The translations under genes were made by a program, and so were the position numbers. Shown in pieces: positions 53,802 through 64,000 of a stretch of DNA of 64,000 bases. Position 1 is the first letter of the stretch. The number at the start of each line of letters is the position of its first letter. This DNA comes from Octopus sinensis (taxonomy: Eukaryota). The notes beneath the pieces were generated by a model. That model made no database searches. It was not told where the DNA came from and saw only the letters and a list, made by a program, of their open reading frames with translations. Where the stretch lies: the NCBI RefSeq assembly GCF_006345805.1, contig NC_043010.1, positions 3,534,001 to 3,598,000 on the forward strand. The letters are read 5' to 3'.

Positions 53802-54018
53802 AGGCAGTGGGCTGGTAGAAACATTAGCACGTTGGGCAAAATACTTAGCAGTATTTCATATGTCTTTATGTTCTGAGTTCAAAGTCTGCCGAGGTCGACT
53901 TTGCCTTTCATCCTTTTGGGGGTTGATAAATTAAGTACCAGTTGCATACTGGGGTTGATCTAATTGACAGGCCCTCTCCCTAAATATTTTGGGCCTTGTG
54001 CCTAGAGTAGAAAAGAAT
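53802..54018 (+). mobile_element. SINE family B (tail variant 2)
   Basis: Core and tail ggccttgtgcctagagtagaaaaga. Confidence 0.85.
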
Positions 54019-54729
54019 AAATTTTATTCAGTGAAATAATTTTCATTATTACTAATATCCCACTCTTGCTGATATTCCAAATTTACTTTCTTTGAACTTG
54101 GGGCTTCATGTAAAATTTCTTCATCTTAAAAATTATCAACATGGTATATTATTCAGACACTCATATATTATTTTTAAGACTTTGTGATATTTTTAAAAAA
54201 TGTATTTTGAGAAGTGAATTTATGGCTATTGCCCAGTAGGTATCAATAACACAAGCAGCAGCATTTTTGTTATTCTCTTAATAAAGTTGGTTCTCAAAGA
54301 TATTGGCTGTATTGAGCAGAAATGATTTGACTGTGCAGTCCACTGCACACTGCTGTAAGTTGTGTGTTGAGGACATAATGTCACAAAAAGAGGTAGTAAG
54401 TGGTGACTTCCTGTATATATGTAAGTAAATTTATTATTTAAGTTAGGCAGGTGTTCTCTGTTTATCTGAGATATACTCAGATAAACAGATAGAAAACTTG
54501 CACTAAATTTAGATAATGCTGTAATGATTTCTCACACAAAACTGTACCAATGCAACGTATTTGGTGCAGAAAAACATGCTAGAGTGACATAGCATGCACC
54601 TGCATTTATGAAAATACATTTAGAAGTAAAACTATCAATAATTCTCTAAACATCCAAGTGAATAAAGAAGTAATGAGACTAAAATATTAAAAATAAATGA
54701 AGGTTATAATTTTATAATTTAGCTTAGAG

Positions 54730-55052
54730 CAGTGGTTCTCAATTGGGGTCCATGTAATACTTGCGGGTCCATGCAAGCAAAATAGTAAATTGGGGATCCA
54801 CAGCAGTATTTTAAGGGTCCATGAAAAAAAAATGTTACTTTGGATGTATTTATTGGAAGAAATAGCTTGGTTTCTTTCTCTAACATTTTACATAATTCAA
54901 ACCAGAAAAGTTAATGTGTGAGAAACAAAAATAGTAATTTTGAAAGGAGAATCTATAAAACTAGCTTTTAAACATCGAATGGCTAAGGAGGTTGACCTGA
55001 ATAAAATAGTTATCAAAGAGGTCCATATGCAATAAGTGGTTGAGAACCATTA
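54730..55052. mobile_element. hAT-type MITE
   Basis: TIRs CAGTGGTTCTCAA / TTGAGAACCATTA; degenerate 8-bp TSD gcttagag / gctttgaa. Confidence 0.7.
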
Positions 55053-55054
55053 GC

Positions 55055-56805
55055 TTTGAACACAGAACATAAAGAAAGGCAAAGTACTGCTAAGCACTTC
55101 GTTTGGCATGTTAATGATTCTGGCAGCTCAATGCTTTAATTATGTTTTTACAGTTTTGACACAAGTCCAGCAATTTCAGGGCAGTGGCTTTAGTTGATTA
55201 CATCCACCTAACGACTCCAAAAAGATGAAAGGCAAAATTGACCTCAGCAGAATTTGAACTCAGAATGTAAAGATGGATGAAATGCCAGTAAGCATTTTGC
55301 CTGGCACAGTACTGATTCTGCCACCTTTGCCACCTTCACTGCCTCAATAATAATAATAATAATAATAATAATCCTTTCTACTATAGGTACAAGGACTGAA
55401 ATTTTTTGGAAGGGAAATAGTCAATTACATCGACCCCAGTGTTTCACTGGTACTTAATTTATTTACCCCGAAAAGATGAAAGGCAAAATCGACCTTGGAG
55501 GAATTTGGATTCAGAACCTAGTGGCTGATGAAATGCCACTACACATTTCACTTGGCATGCTAAGGAGTCTGCCAGCTCACCCCCTTCATAATAATAATGG
55601 TAATAATAACAATCCTTTCTACTGAAAGCATAAGGCCACAAAGTTAGGAGAAGGGATTAAGTCGATTACATTAACCCCCAATGTTTCACTGGTACTTTAT
55701 TTATCGACCTCCAAAAGGATGAAAGGTAAAGTCAACCTCGGCAGAATTTGAACTCAGAAGGTAGCATCAAACAAAATACCTATTTCTTTATTACCCACAA
55801 GGGGCTAAACATAGAGGGGACGAACAAGGACAGACATAGGTATTAAGTTGATTACATCGACCCCAGTGCGTCACTGGTACTTAATTTATCGACCCCGAAA
55901 GGATGAAAGGCAAAGTCGACCTCAGCGGAATTTGAACCCAGAACGTAGCGGCAGACGAAATACCATTAAGCATTTTGCCTGGCATGCTAATGATTCGTCA
56001 GCTTGCCACCTTAATAATTATGATAATAGTAATGGTTTCTAATATTATCATAGGGGCTGAAATGCAGGGTGTGGTTATCAATTAAAGCAAGTCCAGTACA
56101 TGATTGGTACTCTAACAATCCTGAAAAGATGTAAAGGAAAGTTGATCTTTGTAAGATTTGATTTCAGGGCAAAAAGGAATATAACTAAATACTATCAGAC
56201 ACTTTGTTTGAAGCTCTACTGATTCTGTTATTTGTCTGCCTTAAAAAAGGTAGTTATGATTTCTGAAATTAGCATAATGTGAGAGGAAGGTATAGTCAGT
56301 TAAACTCTGACTCCTGAAAAACAGGTACTTATTTAATCAATCTCATAGAAATGGAAGATAGAGTTAACCCCAGGGAATTTGAAACTGAAAATATAAAGGA
56401 ACTTCATTAAATATCATGAAGCACGCATTTTGTCAGTCAGAATAATTGATTAAATCGATTCCAGTACTTGAGTAGTAATTATTTTAATGATTCTGATTTG
56501 ATCTCAAAATATACAGAGATGTAACTAAATACTGCAAGGCATTATACTGATTTTGCTATCCTTAATTTCAAATAATGTTAGAAATTATTTCTAACATGAA
56601 AGGTAAAATCTTCTGCAGGATTTGGAATTATAATAATGATTTTTAACACAAGCAAAAGCCACAAATTTGGTGGGTAAGTTCAATACTTGACTAATACTTA
56701 TTTTATCTACCATTGCAGGATTTGAATGCAAAATGTTAAGTGTTACCATTGTAAAGTATCTTTATCCAATTCACTACCAACTAATTCTGCCAATTTGTTG
56801 CTTTA
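55055..56805 (-). repeat. Head-to-tail cluster of about 8-9 SINE B copies separated by (AAT)n
   Basis: Recurrent gatgaaaggcaaa..gacctc..gaatttgaactcagaa cores, all in the same orientation, with varying divergence. Confidence 0.85.
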
Positions 56806-58134
56806 ATAATAATGATGATTACTAACAAAATACTTAGGATTAGATGGAGAAAAATTAGAAATGCATGTTTCAGTAGCTTTAGAGAAATAGAATAACACAC
56901 CTGAATAAACTGAACTAAATACTTCAGCATCATAAATTGGAATTAAGTAAATTAATCATCCCTTTGCAGAATATATGTCATGCATGCAAGAAGAAAGATG
57001 TTTTGTTGAAGTGGAATTGTGATAAAGAAGAACAAGGATTATCAGCATGTTAAAGAAAGATGAAAATGTTTTATCATATTTTAGGAAATTACTAACTATA
57101 AATTATTTAGCTAAATATATTGAGAAAATGTTTATGGTAAAGATGCAATAACAGAAAAATACAAAAAAAAAAAAAAATCAGAATTGGAATATAAGAAAGA
57201 AAAACTCTAAAAGTGACTAAAGTAAAACTGAAAAAAAAAAAAATAGAAGGCTTGAAACTTTCAGAAAAAGAAAACAAAAAACAAAAATATGGTATGATGT
57301 TAGTTTCTGAGAATAGTAACTATAGCGACTAAGAAAAAGAAAAAAAGAAAAAAACTAGAAAACAAAGAAGTGGTTGATGTAATTTCAAATTATGAAGGTA
57401 ACATTAAGCATCAATAGAGTATCTCATCTCAGATTGACCAGTTTTTGTAAAGACTGGAGATATTCACAACAGCAACCAAAGAGATATTTGTATCCATTGC
57501 ATAATAAGCTATTTTAAAATCAAAACAGAAAGTATATATCCAACAATAGTAGAGCTACACTAGTTTTTCTACTACATGCCTGATAAAAAAGATGATAAAG
57601 ATATCAAGGCAAATGGATAAAATGAACTTAATAAAATATGGATAATCATAATGCAGACAATACTAAAAGTAACTGATGCACTTAGAATGATAAAAAAAAA
57701 GAGCACCTCAGTACATTATCAGGCTTCACAAAATTGTACACAATCTGAAAATAATTTGGCACTTAATATAATAGTTATAACTCTTGCAACAAAGAAAAGC
57801 ATCAATGTAAAATAGTACTTAAAACCATAAAAATATTGACAGCAACCCAACCATCACCACAACAACAAAGTAAGGCTATATACTTTTGTGGAAAAACTAA
57901 CTAATGTTACAAAGGAGATCTTTCATGGAACTATGGAAAAAAAATTACAATAACAGTACTGATAAAAGCATCTCACATAATCTATATAAAGCTTTGCATA
58001 AACTGATACATCAAATGCATTAATGCTAAGACAAAATACAGTGGGTACCAGAGGTACCAGAAGTTTGAGTTTAGTGGTTCTGGAACAAACTACATTGTTA
58101 TTATCAATAATTTAAATAATAATAATTATTATTT

Positions 58135-61100
58135 CAAATTTTTGCCACCAGGGTAGCTTGGAGGAGGTGGGGATGAGTTGGTTTTACTGGTACTTATTTT
58201 ATTGACTCCGAAGTGATGAATAGCAAAGTTGACCATGGCAGAATTTGAACTCAGAACGTAGCGACGAATTGAACTCGGAAATGCTGCTAAGCATTTCGTC
58301 CAGCATGCTAATGATTTCTGCTACCTCACTACCTTTAGATAAGAATGGTAATAATTTCTAATTTGGATTATAATGAAGTGCACAGGGCTGCATATTTTAG
58401 GAGGAATGGCACAGTTTATTGAATTTATCTTAGTACTTGACTCTTTTTTTATCTTATCAACTTAGTTTGGAAAGACAAATTCTGAAGCCAACTTCAAAAG
58501 GATTTGAACACAATATGTAAAGAAAATGCAACTAAATACTGAAAAGCATTTAATTCATTACATTACTGTTTTGCCATAAACTAACCTGTAAAATGATAAT
58601 TTCTTTAATAATAATAATGGTTTCAAATTTTGGCACAAGGCCAGCAGTTTTGGGGATGGGGTAGGTTGATTACATTGACCCCAGTGCTCAATTGCTACTT
58701 GTTTTATTGACCCTGAAAGGATGAAAGGCAATTTTGGCAGATTTTGAACTAAGAAAGTAAAAATCAATGATATACTGCTAAGCATTTTGCCTAGCTTGTT
58801 AACAATTCTGCCACCTTGCTGCCTCAATAATAATAATAATAATGATAATAATGGTTTGAAATTTTAGTTCAAGTCCAACAATTTCAAGGGAGGAGTAAAT
58901 CAATTACATCGATCCCAATATTTGACTGGTACTCATTTTGGTGCTATATCTTTTCGTCCAATGTCACTTCATCCACATCTTTTGGTCCAACCTCTATTTG
59001 TCTGATGATTTATTTTTGTCCAACATCTTTTTGTCTAATTTTAAATAAATTCTTTAGAACAGAGGGTGAAATATCTCTAATGAAATATTCACAGAACTAT
59101 AACGAGCCTCGTTATAGGATTGTTATTATCGTTCTTTTTCCTTCTCTGTGAACAGTTTTATTTTCTCTTTTTCCTTTCCTCTCCTAAGTATGGTGCCTTG
59201 AATAAAGAGTGCTGCAAATTTAGTGTACACATTTTTAATTTACCCATCCTAAAATGACAAAGTTCATAGTATCGACCAAAAGAAAAGAAAAGTAGTTGAT
59301 AAAAGTAATTACAGCTATGATTTTCATTCAAGCAATACAAAACTAGGAAAAGAATACTGGAGGTGTAAGAAAAGAAGGCTGTGTTCAGTGCGAATTCACA
59401 CAGTAATGGAAAACAATGAGACAAAAATTATTTCTTTTTCTAGTGAGCATCTTCATCTAGCTAATGTAGGTTCATTAAATGGTAGAAAAGCAGTCGCAGG
59501 AATAAAGCATGAAGCAGTGGAAAACATAGCAGCAAGTTCGTGTAGTATGATAGTGACTAAGTTTATGCAGCTAACAGAAAATACTTGCTCTCAACTTCCT
59601 TGTTTGCCTGTACTTTCAAGGACAATTCAAAGGTGCTGACAAAAAGATTCTGGATTTGCCGCTAATCCAGGGGCTAGAACTGGTTTTGAAATACGAGAAG
59701 AATATTGTACACTTGATAATGGTGCATTGTTTCTGAGACATGATTCAAGTATTGAGGATCAACAGCACATGCTAGTATGTGCATGAGAAAGTGCTCTTCA
59801 AGATATAGCAGCAAATCATCAGTGGTCATGTGATGGAACATTCAAAATTGTGCAAGTTAAAGGCAGCAGTTTTCCACAAGTCTTTGCATTACTGCCTAAT
59901 AAAACAAAGCAGACATGCAAATTATTTATCGAGCAATTGAAAATTATTATAACCTAATGCATATCTGCTTGATCTCGTGGCAGATTTCAAAGTTGCTGTT
60001 CATAAAGCATTTAATTCATCATTCCCTAATTCCCTATAGTGGCATGTTTGTTACATCTGAGCCAATCAGTATTTTGAAGAATTACAGATTTAGGTCTCAA
60101 AGGAAAATACAATAAAGACTCTGAATTCTCTCTTAAAATTCGATGTTTTTCAGTATTAGCCCTCCTACCTGTTGAAGATGTCGAAGAGGCTTATGAAGAA
60201 TTTATAGACAATGAAGAATTACCTGCTTAATTCATAGCTGACTTTGACTTGACTTACATAGGTGTTGTGAAAGGATGTGGTGCTAGACGAAGGAGAGAAC
60301 CACCTACATTCCCGATAGATGTATGGAATGTTAATTAGCGTATTCTTCAAGATCTTCCCAGAACAAATAATGCTGCTGAGAGGTTTCATTCTGTGATATA
60401 GCGTTTGGTGGGTGGAGCACATTTGAATATTTGGAAATTAATCAAAACTCTGAAGGAAGGGGGAGGGTTCATTCAAGGTAAAATGACTCAAATTCTTTGA
60501 GGAGATCTGTCAGATTCATATACACGATATTGAAGAATAAGTGAATGCCGCAAAAGATTGGTCATTGAATATGGGTCAACAAGAAAAATTGATTTTGTGA
60601 AGAGTGTGGCATATAATTTGCATCAATTTTAAGTGATCATAATAAATCATTAGTTATATCTTATTACTTTTTTAAAATACATTGTCCCATTGTATTTTAT
60701 TTGAATCCTATCAATAAAATTCTTAATGATTATTTGATTTTGCTGTTCACCTTGTTTTCTAAAGAGTTTATTTAAAATTGGACAAAAAAAAATCAACAGA
60801 CAAAAAGATATTGGACCAAAAGACGTGGGCGAAGTGATGTTGGACATAGTGACAGTGGATGAAAAGTCAGGTCATGCTCATTTTATTGACCCCTAACGGA
60901 TGAAAAGCAAAGTCAACCTTGGTGGGATTTGATCTCAGAATGTAAAGAGATGAAATACCACTAAACATTTTGTCCAGCTAACTATTATGGCAGCTCACTG
61001 CCTTAATAATACTAATAATGATAATAATAATGATATTGACAACCGCCATAAAATTTGGGGAGGTGTGTAGTCAAGTTTATTCATCCTGTACTTGTAATTT

Positions 61101-61180
61101 TATTCACCACATTCCTGTCCAAAAGAAAAACAAAGCTGACCCCTATGGAATTGGAATTCAAAATATTAAGATATTTAATT
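58135..61180 (-). repeat. Second same-orientation SINE B cluster (about 5 copies), one split by the MULE
   Basis: Cores at about 58200, 58480, 58700, 58910/60890 and 61120. Confidence 0.8.
58940..60876 (+). mobile_element. Decayed Mutator-like (MULE) DNA transposon, 1937 bp, with long TIRs and 8-bp TSD ctcatttt
   Basis: TSD at 58932-58939 and 60877-60884 splits a SINE B core. About 130-bp imperfect TIRs. Broken ORF contains EYWRCKKRRLCSVRIH (FLYWCH-like), WSCDGTFKIV, DFKVAVHKAF, PIDVWNV and PRTNNAAERFH. Confidence 0.9.
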
Positions 61181-61287
61181 AAATACTACAACACTACATT
61201 TTTTAAATATTCCACCACTTTTATCATGATAATATTGGGTTATTCCAGTAAATAAATTATAATATATATATAGATATATATATATTA

Positions 61288-61671
61288 GGAAGCACTCCGT
61301 CGGTTACGACGACGAGGGTTCCAGTTGATCCAAATCAACGGAACAGCCTGCTTGTGAAATTAACGTGTAAGTGGCTGAGCACTCCACAGACACGTGTACC
61401 CTTAACGTAGTTCTTGGGGATATTCAGCGTGACACAGAGAGTGACAAGGCCAGCCCTTTGAAATACAGGTACAACAGAAACAGGAAGTAAGAGTGAGAGA
61501 AAGTTGTGGTGAAAGAGTACAGCAGGGATCACCACCATCCCCTGCCGGAGCCTCGTGGAGCTTTTAGGTATTTTCGCTCAATAAACACTCACAACGCCCG
61601 GTCTGGGAATCGAAACCGAGATCCTACGACCGCGAGTCCACTGCCCTAACCACTGGGCCATTGCGCCTCCA
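61288..61671 (-). mobile_element. SINE family C, tail variant 2
   Basis: Head nearly identical to 32364-32460, but a different 3' half. Confidence 0.85.
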
Positions 61672-63004
61672 TATATATATATATATATATATAAAATGAA
61701 CATAGTTCAGTTTAGTAAAGCAGATGAAAAGATGCTGAATAACATAATAAAAATATACTATCTTTAAACAAGTAAATAATGGCGGGCTATTCACAAGAAA
61801 ATATGGAGGATGAAACATCAAAAGTATGGGAGATTTGTATGTTCTTAAAAACAAGAGTAGAGTGTCATATGACAATAAAAAGTTGCACTTGGCCACTAAC
61901 TTTGCAGATGGCAAGAAAAGAAAAAGCATGAAAAGATCCTACTCAATTTGAAATGGAAGAAAATCAAATTGTTTAGTGTTATATTAGGGTAAGTTTAGTG
62001 ACAGATAAGTAAGACTGAATGTGAAAAAACAAACTGGAAGGTACATGGAGGAAAATCTGAAGTGGAAACTGCAAAAGAGCACAGAAAAAGTACAAATTCA
62101 GCAGCTTAGCTATTAAATTCTGAAGGATGAAGAATGTAGCATTTAAAAAGAAATAGCTATTATATATATTAACTTTAGTGTGGAATCCTGTGACATTATT
62201 CTGGCTGTAGCATGACTTACATGCATGGTTGACTTTGTTTAAACAAGATCATAGAAGAAATTAAGACAGTTGAATATAATATTGGATTTATGCTAAGTTA
62301 TTCATGGAAAACAAAGAGAGAAAAATACACTAGTATTTACTGAATGTGTAAAATACTAACTAAAATATTGTTAAAAGACTCAACTGATATATGTCCTGAT
62401 AGTATGTTGAGAAAATGAATTAGGACGCATGAAATAAATTCTATGGTGTAAAATGAAATGGATGAGAAAAAACAAATTAGCGAACAAGGATGTTATCGTA
62501 CATACTAAATAATTGCTGCTAGAAGATCCATATTCTATTTTGGAAAATAAGTGCAGAAAAAGTTCACATGAATCATTGATGTGACTGGATTTAATAAGAA
62601 AATCTTTCAAGAAAGTGAAAACAGGAAATTACTAATACTTAACTTTTGAAATCCATGAAAGGAGATGATATATAATGAAGATTGCATCAGTTGTGTTCGT
62701 TTAACTAAATTGAGATATGGTTGAATTTGAAAGACGGGTCAGAAAAATGATTTAAGAGATTGTGACCAATGAAGTCTAGGAATATACAGAAAGCTACCAA
62801 ATAAATGGATGGGGAAAAAAAATTCGTGCAGGAGTGTGTGGACAAACTGAATAACCCTTACTCTGAATCTTAAAAAAACTTTAAAATAACCTGGCTTGAT
62901 GTGGGACTACAGCAATCAATAATATTTTTAAAGGATGGGAGCCAAAGTTGCCTTCATCCATTGTTGTTATAATAATGATGATGATGATGATAATAATGAT
63001 AAGA

Positions 63005-63165
63005 AGAATCCTTTCCACAAAAGGCACAAAGCCTGAAATTTTGGTGGGAGGGAACTAGTCGATTACATCGACCCCCAGTGTTTCACTACTACTCAATTTA
63101 TCCACCCTAAAAGGATGAAAGGCAAAGTCAACCCTGGCAGCATTTGAACTCAGAATGTGAAGACA
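63005..63165 (-). mobile_element. SINE family B between (AAT/GAT)n tracts
   Basis: Core and tail-2 match. Confidence 0.8.
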
Positions 63166-64000
63166 ATAATATTAATAATAATAATAATGATGATAATAAT
63201 AATAATAATAATTACCAATCCATTTAATTTGACACTGCACTGCTCAACTACACATTTATGTGTTAGTAATTGTCATTGGTGGAGTGGAAGAATCACAAGA
63301 ATATCAGACAAATACTTGCAGTATTTGTTCTAGTTCTTCACATTCTGAATTCAAACCATGTTGAGATTGATTGTGCCCTTCATCTGGAGTCAATAAAATA
63401 AGTATCAGTTAAGTATATATTTGACTGCTCTCTCCTCCAAAATTTGTAGTCTTCTGATTCTTGTGTTCCAAAGCATATGACACAATTCTGAGAAAATTGG
63501 TCTGTTACCAAGTTTTACAAATTTCAACCATAGGTAATTGACACACATCAAGAAGTATTCCCAAACTTTCTGCTTCTCATGAGGATTCTAACACCCCTTA
63601 ATGGGGGCCTGAACTCCCAAATTTTAGTAATTTTTTAATGATCCAAAACTAGGTCAAAGGTACTGAATGGATCTTTATTAAAATTTTGAAATTATATTCT
63701 ATGCATAAGGACAGATGTAATGCAGTATATCTTTGAAAGTGAGGGGAAATAAATGAGACCATAACCCTCACGAAAATTCATATACTTTTGCTGTTGATGA
63801 AATTTTAGCCATAATGAAGCAATATTTCTAAAATTTCAAATTCTTTGAAGTTAGTTACACTCTTTAATGGGGCTTAACACCCACAATTTAGTCGTTTTTT
63901 CCTAAGCCAAGACAAATACAATTGTACTCTTGGAAGCTGTAGGGTCACCCAAGCATAAAAGATGAGCATTATTTGTAATTCAGTGGTACAACAGTGTAAG

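Overview
AT-rich (roughly two-thirds A+T by eye), microsatellite- and retroposon-dense animal DNA. It is most likely from an Octopus genome; this is inferred from the SINE families and low-complexity content, not from a database hit. Almost all ORFs in the supplied track are (TA/CA/TG)n artefacts or decayed transposon pieces. The only well-supported host-gene sequence is two minus-strand, phase-compatible exons (45475-45307 and 36765-36500). Spliced, they encode a ~144-aa Ser/Thr-rich C-terminal tail with a DSGHGxSE motif, most like a protocadherin cytoplasmic domain. The ectodomain exon(s) are not in the window. The rest comprises several SINE families, RTE and CR1 LINE fragments, Penelope-like (PLE) remnants, a decayed MULE transposon inserted in a SINE, and mariner and hAT MITEs. 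Most notable observations: (i) a series of fold-back palindromes of different ages, including a perfect 92-bp-arm hairpin; (ii) a minimal hammerhead-ribozyme-like motif inside an inverted PLE-type repeat; (iii) a nested inverted duplication that copied a SINE head plus its flank; (iv) a covarying 3' stem-loop shared by a SINE and LINE tails; (v) one SINE head carrying three different tails; (vi) a same-strand pile-up of SINE copies at (AAT)n tracts.
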